A DNA stretch of 64,000 nt, taken from Balanoglossus misakiensis. Its lineage: Eukaryota; Animalia; Hemichordata. The notes beneath the pieces are model-generated. The model was not told the DNA's origin and made no database searches. It saw only the letters and a list, made by a program, of their open reading frames with translations. The stretch covers positions 10,669,917-10,733,916 of the forward strand of contig CM082592.2 of the NCBI GenBank assembly GCA_040954595.2. The letters run 5' to 3'. Shown piece after piece: positions 26,701 to 37,729 of this stretch. How positions within the stretch are numbered: the first letter of the stretch is position 1; every line of letters starts with the position of its first letter. The position numbers and the translations under genes are program-made.

Positions 26701-27657
26701 AGGAGTCGACCGGAAATGATCGACAACAGCGACAGATACAAAGCCAGCAGCATGCCTCAACCCTCCGTTAGACACGGCGCAGAACAAACCAAGTCCTCAT
26801 CGCCCACCAGCTCTCTTTACAGCACTGCCGACTCGATGATGTCAAAAACCATGAAATCGACCCGAGATCGAGATCGGGGGAAAATAATGGAGTTTAAGTT
26901 TGATCTGAGGTCGTCCATTGAACACGTTATTGATGCCCAAATGCGAGACTTTAAATCTGAGGTTCGAGCTGCTGAGGCAAGTACGGCTGAATCGGCCGAC
27001 TCCAGTCAAGCAATCCAGCAACCTGAGTCTCACATGCCACCACGTGGACAAGATACTGAACAGATCTCTGATATCTCTGATGTGGAGAGCTCACATGAGG
27101 CAGAAGTTTCCATGTCACACCGGCCGGCTCAAGTGCGGTCAAACAGCCCCAGGCAGTCCAGTACTGAATCAGCCGATACTGATACATCAGGCACTGCGAC
27201 GGCATCTTCAGCAGAGAACTTGGTCAGCGCAACTGCTTCCTCCAGTGTTACAGAGAGGAGGGATAAATCTCCCAGCCCCAGCAGTCGCGAGTCGTCTGAA
27301 GCCCAGAGCATGGTGAGCAACAGGGGAAACAGTAGAAGACCGAAGTCGAAGGACTCCACATCAGGACTTCCTCACTCGTCAATCTCGCAGCCGAGCGGTG
27401 GCCCACCGACGTCATCATCAGCCATGATGATGGGCTCTTCATCCCATACTCCCTCATCACAGGCGGGATTCACAAACCCCTTCCCGTATTCCGCCCTCTC
27501 CCTGGGAATTCCAACCCCAGGGATGCAGAGAGCCCCCGTCAGCATGCACCAGACTGCCAGCCCCATCAGCAGTTCCACCAACACGATGGCGCGTGAACGA
27601 GAACCAGCACCGCTGCTCTCTTCACAGTACGAAACTCTGTCAGATGAATCAGACTGA
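8762..27657 (+). CDS. NCOR1: Nuclear receptor corepressor (NCoR/SMRT family)
   Basis: Frame-consistent exons: 8762-8826 (tentative start), 8918-9104, 12643-12785, 13502-13667, 13772-13933, 14042-14161, 14270-14326, 14434-14486, 14875-14941, 15151-15236, 15328-15414, 15816-15991, 16487-16629, 16753-16901, 17047-17117, 17285-17453, 17568-17683, 18066-18170, 19372-19565, 20406-21156, 21288-22095, 22742-22938, 23144-23314, 23490-23699, 23848-24041, 24147-24741, 24866-25018, 25175-27657. Hallmarks: [11 protein letters not shown]; GPS2-binding [19 protein letters not shown]; DAD/SANT1 WTESEKMVF...PKNF...[11 protein letters not shown]; SANT2 SRWTEDEM...[12 protein letters not shown]; [10 protein letters not shown]; GSITRGTP repeats; CoRNR boxes [14 protein letters not shown] and [14 protein letters not shown]; C-terminal [18 protein letters not shown]. 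Confidence 0.96.
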
Positions 27658-29597
27658 GATTCTAAGCCTGTTACCCCCCTATTCCCTGTGTACAAGCCCA
27701 ACTTTATCATTGCAAACAGCAGAATCAGACCAGACCATGGTGAAGAGAGGGGGTTGATAACTCAACATTGATGCTGGACAATCAGTCTTATTGTCAAGAC
27801 TCTTCCGTGTCGGAACAACAGTTTGAAGAGAATGCTTGTATAGTGCAGCGCTATATCCAAAATAAAGACTATGAAAGAGACTTCGGATATTTGAAACATG
27901 CATTCGAGGTAGCTTCTGTTGCCAAAGTAAAGTGGTATATTTTCCTGTGAAACCTAAAAGCCAACAGAGGGAATGACCACAGGCAACCTTGAAAGAACTG
28001 CTTTTGTTTGTGTTTACTTGATGTTTATTGAATTTCATTTGCTAATGTCTCAAATCCACCGTGTTATGCATTTATAGTCTTAATGTAATAGATTTTTCAA
28101 CAACAAAAAATATTTAGGAGTACAGTAGATAAAGATATTAGTTGGTCTCTATTTTTGAAAAAAATATTTTCTTGTGACAACATACATGTGTTATGTATAT
28201 GAAACGGGTTGGTGAAAATTGTTTTTGTGGAGGGTTAGGGATTTTAATTTCACTTGTCAAAAGTTAAGTAGAGACGCACGGCATAGAATGATGTTTGTTG
28301 CACGGTGTTTTGATCATGTAGTTAACAAAACTCTAAATGGACTTACTGTAAGGTCACAAGTGAAATTAATTTGTGGCAGTGGCTTCATGCAACCATGTAA
28401 AAAGTGAAACAGATGTTAATTGGGAAATAGGGGCATGTGTACCAAAAATTGAATCCAAAGACTCATTTTTGTTACATTAACATTGTATCAGAATGCATTT
28501 TCAGCACATTGCACTGTTTATTGTGAAATGCTTCAAGTCAGCTCTGTTGAATTTCTTACTTTTCTAGTGGTTGTAAAATTGGTCTAACAGTGAATCATGG
28601 GTTTAAAGTACTATTGTTTTCAGAAATTTTCACCTAGACTGGGCAAGCTTGACTGTATACCTCAAGGGAAGTGTAGCTTATAACGGGTATTTTTGTGAGA
28701 GGTCTAGCTGTAGTCACAGACTGGTCAAACACTGCATTCCACAGCTTGCCAGTGACTGTTTCCAGAAAGGTGTTTGAAGAGAAAAGGCCTTGGAAATGTG
28801 TATCCCTATAGTCTATAGTCTCTTAGTCTTAGAGAATCAGCCATAGCCCAGCCACTCATCAGCTGTGGAATCAGAATCACAGATATGTGGTCTGGTTATT
28901 TACACTCAGATAATGGCAGGCGTTGGCAATGTTAAGTGCCTTGCAGGTGATGGAAAGCATAAAGAAAGAGCGAGAAGAAAATTAAGGCAATCTATGAAAC
29001 AAATTCTGAGTTTATGTTGTTTTTGTAGTGACTAGAAATAATAGTAAGTAGTCTTCAGTACAAATAAGTCCAGTCTCTCCATTTTTTAAAGATATTTTAG
29101 GTACATGTATTAATGAAGAATAATGTGATTTTTGTCCATTTTGAAATCTGATTCTGTCATGATATTTTGGAACATGAAATATAACTCAAAGTGATGTCTA
29201 CCATGCCTTGTGTTAATTTCTTAATGTGTGTGGGTGTGCAATCTACTAATCGAGAGGCTTTAGGGGGAGAAGGTATTTTCTTGTGAACAAAGGAAACTTT
29301 CACTTCATGATATCCTTGTTATGACAAACATATTTTCAGTTTATTCAAATTTTCCCATCCATACAAAAGAATCAGCCCACTAGGCTCTCAGTAAATTCGC
29401 AACATGGCCGAAAATTGTGAGATGTCTGTCTTGCAAATAGTACTGGGTTGCACCCATGATAAAGTTACGAGATGCCAGACAGTTTGATGAAAGGTCTGAA
29501 AGCTTGAGCGCCCTCTAATGGCAGAAATGTTTCCAAATCTATCCAGTTGTTTGAATGACAGTGCAGCCAGCACTGAGATGGCTGGTTGATGCTGCAT

Positions 29598-30840
29598 TTA
29601 TTCTAATCTCTCGTCTCCTTCTTCAACGTCTTTTAAACTGAGGACTTCAATGCTGCCCTGTCCCCGTGTGCCTGATTTCACCACTTCGTCCATTTCCCGG
29701 TAGCAGCCTGGATCCACAAGAACTACCTGTGAGGAGGCAAATACAGTTAAGATGTTTATAAAGATGACTCCACAAGAAAAATCATGATTGAAGGATAGTC
29801 GGCAAAATGACATCTGATCACTCTCCATGGCAATCTAGACATTGAAAATGATACTATAGTTACCATTTCTAGGTCACCGTCCCAATTTTCCTCTTCCATT
29901 GTTTTTATCAGTGGCATAACTTTGACCTTGACCTTCTTGGCATCTTTGCTTGGCAAGATCACCTTGAGTCTCATCATGGCTCTCTCAATGGTCATAATCT
30001 CCTTCTCTTTCAGTTGACGGATCACGTCAAGTGCCTGCAACAAACGTTGGAGCAATCGGTAAAAGCTGAATGTTAACACTTTTGGTATACAAATTCATAA
30101 TTTATTGACCTATTCCTCACCTGTTGTTTTGTGCTCCTTGTTGGTTTTACAGAGAAATGTAGATCTTTCATTCCTCTCTCTATAAGTCCGACAGTGTAGG
30201 GTCTCTTTGTCTCTGGATTGACACACTTGTCAGCAACAATGGTGGCGATGTCTCTGAACATAGTCTCAAATTGTTGATGCCGTTCTTTCTCAGAAACTTG
30301 AAGTTCTCCTTTGGCTAAAATCTGCAAAAAGGGGTAAAATGACATCTTCCTTCAGTTTATATGATCTGGAAATTATTTCGTTTCTGGATTTAAAAAACAT
30401 TCTTTTATGTTAAGTTTTACAAACTGTAAGGCTACCATACCTGTTTACAGATTTCTGTTTGATCATCAGTTCCAAATGCTCTTACCAAATCTTCTTTTTT
30501 AGCAACTTGTCCTTTGGATACATTCATGAAAACTGTGTGTGTTTGAAGTACTTCATCAATGTCTTTCTCTCTGTAGAAACAAGAAGATATAAAATGTCAG
30601 CTATCATGTACCTTTCATATATTATGTGCCCCGCCCCCACATATTATAATAACAGCTACGTGAACAGTGTAATTGAAAAAATATTAAAACTTGCCAATCT
30701 TATTCTACTCACACTTTATTTCTCCATGACATCACCTTGTTCTTATAACAGGCTATCTCCATCCGTTTTCCACCTTTCTTCATGCGTACTATTGCAACAT
30801 TCGTCAGACGTATTTGGTTTGTTGGGGTAAATATCGACAT
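29598..30840 (-). CDS. SBDS: Ribosome maturation protein SBDS (252 aa)
   Basis: Exons 30840-30713, 30570-30441, 30321-30121, 30034-29864, 29726-29598 give [36 protein letters not shown]...[14 protein letters not shown]...[13 protein letters not shown]...[12 protein letters not shown]...[14 protein letters not shown]. Minus-strand AATAAA at 29340-29345. Confidence 0.97.
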
Positions 30841-31266
30841 TTTGGCAGTATTTTACAGATACTTTACACTGATTATGATAAAGTCTTTCAATTGTCCTCT
30901 GTAGATGTGCTTACTGGTTCACTCTACGCACTCGATCGCTCGAGAAGCCAATTTTTGTTGAGAAATACTTCGCAAGAATTCCGCACTCGTCATGTTCTGC
31001 ATATGTTGTGAAATTTCTGGACCGTGACCTCACAAAGTACTTCCGAGGTCAAGCATATCGACGTACGTACGTACGCACTTTACTACATATTGTACTAGGC
31101 TACTGATCAGAACAGAGTTGAAGAAACGTCCTCCTTGTGTGCGAGAAAGTTGGTTACATGCATTTTGCAAACATATTTCCTCAGAAATATAAGGTTAATT
31201 TAACTCTTGTTTACATACATACTTGGAGACAATAAATAACGAACCCTGTCCCATGTCCCACTGCAC

Positions 31267-31279
31267 TGACCTTTGACCT
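31267..31279 (-). promoter_or_regulatory. Perfect DR1 nuclear-receptor element in the SBDS / clathrin-like bidirectional promoter
   Basis: TGACCTTTGACCT (AGGTCA-A-AGGTCA on the minus strand) lies between head-to-head start codons at 30840 and 31488. Confidence 0.3.
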
Positions 31280-31487
31280 TGGGTTATCTGTCAGTGTCAC
31301 CAAAACCGTCAACACGCCAAGCCAAGCATAGCCAAGCTGCTGTGCTCAGTTGCCGATGCCTGCGGCCTTGTGAACTGTTCATGCATATTTGTCCTGTCCC
31401 CGTCCTTCCTGTCGACCTGTCGTAAGGCTTCCTGTGCGTAGTAAGATTTGAGAACATGATAACATAGGTGGTAGTTTGCGAGAAGAC

Positions 31488-34400
31488 ATGGCGTCCGATG
31501 GCAGTGGGGACAACCCGGTTGTGGTACAGGTGCAGTCAGTTACACAGGTGAGCCACAGCTGGTAGGACTGACCCGTACTTTGTCTAAAATTAAAACTTCT
31601 CCATGTTTAGTCTACAGACTCAAATTTACCACCTGAGTGGTGTGAATAAAATCTGATTGAGTTCAATGTCCGAGAATTCTCTTGGCAGTTCTTTCCTTAT
31701 ACTTTATTAGTAATACATGTAATAGTATATGACATTTTTGACTAGCCTTCTTTTGTTTCCATAGTCCCGTTAAAATGTTCGTATACTAGTACAATGTAAG
31801 TAGTCGTAATAGGTCCGACTATTGTTTGTTTTTCTAGTGGTGACGTATTTAAAAGTATCAACTGATGACATCATACAAGGTAGCTACATGTACTACTAGC
31901 TCTGCGTACAGGTCTGTACGCAGAGCTACATGTACTACGTGACGGTTGGTACTGAGTATATAAGAACAAATACGTTACTAACTCTCTACATTTGTACTTA
32001 TCATGTAGTCAAGAACTGTGGTACCCCCACGCTCAAAGTTATAACACTGTAACAATTTTGAAATTTGTTTTGAAAATTTGTCTGCAGTTCCTCTCATTTA
32101 GTCGGACATAACTGAGCATACGTCAGTTTCCAAGAACCCTATTTACAAAAGGTTCTTGTTGTAAATATCCAGGTTCATTTCATATCATTGATAATCAAAA
32201 TACTAATTCAGAACAAAATTGCAAATGATCAGTTTTCACATGTCAACTCCAGGGAGTAAGAATTCAGTTGCTAATTATAGGATTTGTGAAGCAATGACCT
32301 TCCTGTTCTACGATTTCATAGATCCTCTTACTTGCAGTCAGGAAATGAAACAAACAGACTATTTATAAGTAGTTTTAGTTTCCTGTGGCTTAATTTAAAT
32401 TTCCTCGCTTGTGAGCGTGAAGTTGAAAACTGGCCAACCAATTCCAGATTTAAAATGAATCCCATTGGTCAATCAATCAATTTTAATGAATGGCAGGCAC
32501 TCTTCTAATTAGCTCTAATTTGTTACTTGAACCCTCTGTTCCTGACAGCTACGTGACTATGAAATCAAACAAGAACAGATCAACATCCAGAAGGTAACCA
32601 TGGCATCGCACAGGTGGGTGTGCTGTTGCCATGAGTACAGGAAAGACAGGAGGAAGCGGTTTATCAAGAGACGTGTGACAGTGGTGAATATACACAGCAA
32701 AGCGCCACACCCACGGAGCTGGCCGAGTATCGCCGAGTCAGCCACAATGAATCCAACTGAGCCATTACTAGCCCTGAAAGGTACCAGATCTTTTTCTTAG
32801 TAAATTAAACTTATAGATTAAGCTTATAGACATGCCCAATATCCATACATGCATAAAACTGATATATATATGTACATATTTTTAGGTGGAAAAAGCATTG
32901 AAATATTTAACCTTGAGCTGAAGAAAATGGAGTCCTTTTGCACCATGGAAATGCCAATAGTATACTGGACATGGGTCAACTCAGAGGTCATTGCCATAGT
33001 TACAAGTACCACAGTATATCACTGGAATATAGTAGGTATGAAATTGATCATACGGTTATCATTAATTTGAATTTGTCAATTTTTAAGTGACACTTTTTGG
33101 AGAATGGTTACTGAGACTGATCCACTACTTGGTGATATGTTTGCAGGTAAAAGGGAGCCCTCAAAGGTTTTCAAGAGGCACAGTCGTTTGAGACGCTGTC
33201 AACTCATAGCGTATAAAACAGACAAGCAAATGAAATGGATGGCCCTCACTGGTCTCTACAAGGAGGTATGATCAAATTACTCTCTTTCATATGGTCCATT
33301 AACTTTTCATTGAAATTATTTGTATGTACACGCATATTAAATGACATAATTGAACATGAATACATGTAAAGGTTGTGTTGCGGTGTGAAGTGCAGTGGCC
33401 TCATTTGATAATTTCAAGGGTGTTATTTGTTTTTTATTTGTGTACATATACATGTAAATACTATTGACATTCTGAGCAGGGTCATTTTGTCAGATCAGAT
33501 GTTTATGCCCATCTGTGCATCAGGACATTTTTTTGTACATAATATCACAGCCAGGACAGATAATCCGATAAACTGTTTTTTCTGGAAGAAAGTTAGCTGG
33601 ATCCATTGTTTGAAACTAGTTTTGAAAACTGCACTGGCCATATTGGATTTTGCAAATGAAAAACTTCCATTGTACCTGGCACAGGAAACTGGTTTTATTC
33701 ATGGCGTTACACAGCTATATTCCCAAGATTACCAACTCAGTCAGTGTATAGACTCCTATGCTGTCGGCTTCTGTGAGTACACATTCAATGGTAACCCAAG
33801 CATGTCAACGGTAATTTGCATAGCAACTAGAACACCTGGCAAACAGGGTAAGGTAGGTCACTTTACAGCTTTGTGTTATGTAGTACTGGTACACAGGCAA
33901 TAGAAATGTCCTGGGCATGTTTTAGTGTGCATATATATGAAAGGATGTGTTCTTTGTCAGAATCAAGATATGACTGATTATCTGCATGTTCCTCGTTAGA
34001 TTCACATCTTGGAACTGGGTCCTCACATCACAGGCAATTCAGCACTCAGCAATCACACAGACGATGTGAATTTTTCACAAGCCAGTGAATTTAAACGCGA
34101 TTTTCCAGTGTCACTGCAGGTGAGTTGGAACCCAATCCAAATTCAAGAAACCTTAACTCTGCTGTGTCATAAGTCCTGATTAATTGTTGTCAGGATGCTT
34201 TCCGGCTGTCTCAGGTGTAGTGTATCAGTCACAAAGGCACAAAGCTGCTCTTGTCAACAAGTCATTAGGCTTTCTATAATTGCCATGTTGGTGAAGGGCA
34301 AATGCTCCTGGGTATTCATCTGTTGATCATGCAATTTTCTGTCATTTTGAAAAACAGTTGCATTGGCATGGTTCAGGATAACCTATATGTTCTGTCTACA

Positions 34401-35020
34401 GACAGTTATTTCAATACAGTACAGTACAGTACAGTACAGTACAAAACAATACAATACAATACAACATGTAGTTATAATACAATTAAATACAAGCTTTTAT
34501 ATCTCCATTGGGCAGTTAGCATTACTTTCTTTAATTTTTTACTTTCAGATCAGTGAGGATTATGGTTTAATTTTTATCTTAACAAAGAATGGCTGGCTTC
34601 AACTTTGTGACCTGGAGACAGGATTTCACATTTCCTCAATGAGAGTTTCCCAGCATGTCATTTTTACCACATGCTTGTCTGCAGATGCCAAGGGCATATT
34701 GGGAGTCAGTCGAAATGGCAAGGTAAGGGGTAGTTATATGATATGGTGTGGTATGAGGTCCATTTGTTATGTTTCTTGGGGTTACCCGTAATGCAGAATG
34801 AGAATACATTATTTTTTTATATTTTTTGTCTTCTTTATTTAACCATTGAACTTCACGTTTTCAATAGGTACTTTCAATAAAGATCAAAGAAGGCTCCCTT
34901 CTTAACCATCTGACCCATAATTGCAAGAAGATAAGCATTGCTCAAAGACTTGGCCAAAAGTTTGCCCTCACAGAAATGGCACTGCTGCGTCCTTACACAC
35001 AGTATGACACCACAGTCTGA
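31488..35020 (+). CDS. Stand-alone clathrin heavy chain terminal-domain (beta-propeller + linker) protein, 391 aa; divergent truncated CLTC paralogue
   Basis: Exons 31488-31547, 32549-32780, 32886-33035, 33147-33265, 33685-33852, 34000-34119, 34549-34722, 34868-35020 (1176 nt, no internal stops, all GT-AG). Aligns along clathrin residues ~1-365: AESATMNPTEPLLALKGGKSIEIFNLELK, VYWTWVNSEVIAIVTSTTVYHW, FKRHSRLRRCQLIAYKTD...KWMALTG, IHILELG...DFPVSLQISEDYGLIFILTKNGWLQLCDLETG, GILGVSRNGKVLSIKI. It ends ...YTQYDTTV*. Confidence 0.9.
31883..31938. repeat. Perfect palindrome (15-bp arms) with overlapping 14-bp direct repeats; probable collapsed MITE
   Basis: TAGCTCTGCGTACAG-gt-CTGTACGCAGAGCTA at 31897-31928; GCTACATGTACTAC at 31883-31896 and 31925-31938. 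Confidence 0.6.
34415..34465. repeat. Compound pentanucleotide microsatellite (TACAG)n/(TACAA)n, intronic
   Basis: tacagtacagtacagtacagtacagtacaaaacaatacaatacaatacaac is directly visible. Confidence 0.85.
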
Positions 35021-37729
35021 GGGTCACAGTTCAAAGGTCAAACCTGGTGGATTCATGACCCTGGACACCGACAATGTGCAATACAACCTCAGGAGCGCAC
35101 AGCACAGGAAGATTGCAAGGCGGTGTTATATGCATTAAGGAAACTTGTGTGAAACACCTCAAGAAAAAAAATTGCCTGAAAAAGTCTTTGAAATGCAGTA
35201 GTCACTGGTGTACTTGGGTGAATGGATTTGTGAACCCGTCTGTCAATCAGTGTCCTGCTGACGTATGCTTTCAAGTAAACCTGTCAGTTGATGAAACCCA
35301 AAATTTGAACGCACCACAGTACAAACAGAACCATGTGGGAAAAACGGCCATAGGTCTGTGGAAATGCAGTAAATTCCTGATTGATCCAGGTGTTACTGAA
35401 CTTGTGAACTAATGTCGAGATTGAAGATATTGCTGTCTTTTACTATTTTTGTATGAAATTTTTACCCAGTCAAAGCTGCCACTGGACACCATAAAATGGA
35501 TGTCTGCAGAGGTAGTGCAAAAATGTTACTTAGTACTATTAGGAGAAACAGACTTTTTTTATGAAGATTTCTTTTCATTGATCATGGGTGAGATCATCAG
35601 AAAAATAAATATAGGAAAACATGACAAAATCGAGGAAGAACATGTTTTTCTCTCCAGCATGCAAAAGCTCACCAAGGGTCATGAGAATGTTTTTTAGAAT
35701 ATAGCATAGGAGTATAGAACGAGGTCCAGAAAACAACTGTTTTAACTCTCATGGAGATAAATGCATGGAGTGACGTATTTACATATTTTTACATAAATTT
35801 CCATAAATGCCATGGCAACTGCCAATCAGATACAGGGATTTCACTTCAGGTTGTAAATAATATTTTGAATGAAAATTGGTGTATTGTCTGTAGTGAATAA
35901 CTAATAGTACCACACAGACTTTTTTCACTAATTGCCAAATATGCTCCCTGAAGAGTAGTAAGGCTTCAGGAGGTAAAGCATTATGACTTGTTAACCTGAA
36001 AGAAAAAAAGACATTAACATTTTCCTCTAGTATATGATAGCAAATATTTTCCTCAATTTTAAAGCTTTTATTTTCTAATGCCTTTACTTGCAAAGTAACT
36101 GAGATTTTAGAAGTTCATGTTCAGGTGAACATTATAGCTAAAATAAGATATGCTAGTTAAATCCTTTAAATTATGGTCACGGGTGTGAGGTGCATGCATG
36201 TAACAGTAGACATTAATGTATTATTATAATCCACAAGTGCCTTATGACCCTTCTTGAATATATCCCCCCTGTATACAAATCTACCAGAGTAAAACAATCC
36301 AACATCTTTTCATAAAATGGGAAAAATAATGATTTGATAATAAAACCATGACAATCAGTAGAGGTAGTTCTGGACAGCTCTACTCCATTAGACAATGTAG
36401 AAAACCCTGTTCCAAGCAGCATACCCATTTTTAAAATAGAAAATTTTATAGGAAATAAAGTAATGTTTCAAATGTTCAATTTAATCACATAATGTCATTA
36501 TTATACATGGAAATCAATTATTTTTTAATTTTTGAACTGATACTTTTGTTTCTGTATATTTTGGAGGAGAAAACATTTGTTTTATTTTTTTTTGTTTCCT
36601 TGCCTACAGTAGTAAATTATTTATTTTTATTGTACAATTTGTTTTGGATTTAAATAATGTTTCGTGTGTCTTTCTCTCGTGAACATTTGCATCTGTCGGC
36701 CATTTTGATTGGGTGCTTTCAGTTATCATGTGATCAATAACCCAAATAGTCCTGTAAAACTGACGTATTTTGTTTTAAATTAAAATCAGGTCACAAATTT
36801 TAACAGAGTGCGTCTTTGGTTTAGTTATTTGCTGCAGTGAGTACAAGACATTCAACCACGATATCTGCGAGATAGTGATCTTTCATCTCTATAGTAAGGT
36901 TTATTACGACGTTGAATTGTAGCTAATGTCCGCCAAGTGTAGTGTCCCGACATTTCCTAATGGTGGCGTTGTTCCACAACTCAATCTTGCTGTTTCTCTT
37001 ATCTCCAACACGTCAAATTTGAAGTCTCAGTTGCAATTCTAACGAAAAGTTTGCATGTACGAAGATTGCTTGGAGCTGTTACTGTATGATTGATTGTCCT
37101 TCGTCACAGACGTATTCGCGTTACTGACGTCATCAGTTTCGTGTAATGGAACAAACTGTTACCATGGCAATAACAAAATCCTTGTTTTATTCCGAATTTA
37201 GATAATTTTGTCTAAAATGACATTGCCAATGTCATTAGTTTGCCGAATGCAATGTCATTATTCTCATTTTGTCATTTGAGTATAGGCTCTGGTCTATTAG
37301 CTAGCTGGTAATTGTCTTTCTCTTTTTTTCTGCAAAAATAGATATCTCTGATTACAAAGGACTATAGTTTTATGAAAAACATTTTTATTCAATCATAAAT
37401 TTGAAATCGTGGACACTCCACTACCAATAATATTGCGAAGAACCATACAAATACGCCCTCGGAACATACATGTAATCCCTCTTGTAACAAATCATATGAA
37501 AACTGTATAAATCCTACTGCAAAGGGGCCTACCCTCCTATTTTTATATTAAAAATAAAACTGTTCATAAACTTTAACTTGTATAAAAAATACAGTTTTTT
37601 CAGTTCGTGAAAAATAACAACGTCACCTAGATAGGCCTTTAATTTCAGAGCCAGACCAGCTAGTCTGTTTCTTAGAATTTGCACTGAGATTTTTAATTCG
37701 ACAATGTGCAAAAACTGAAGCCACTTTGT

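Noticed and set aside
20327-27710. Long antisense and alternative-frame ORFs over the large NCoR exons
   Set aside because: They are shadow ORFs of Ser/Thr/Pro-rich coding sequence with no independent gene signals.
31488-35020. Clathrin-like locus as a pseudogene or as the canonical CLTC gene
   Set aside because: All eight exons keep frame and GT-AG sites despite heavy divergence, which argues against a pseudogene. True CLTC orthologues are highly conserved and ~1670 aa, which argues against the canonical gene.
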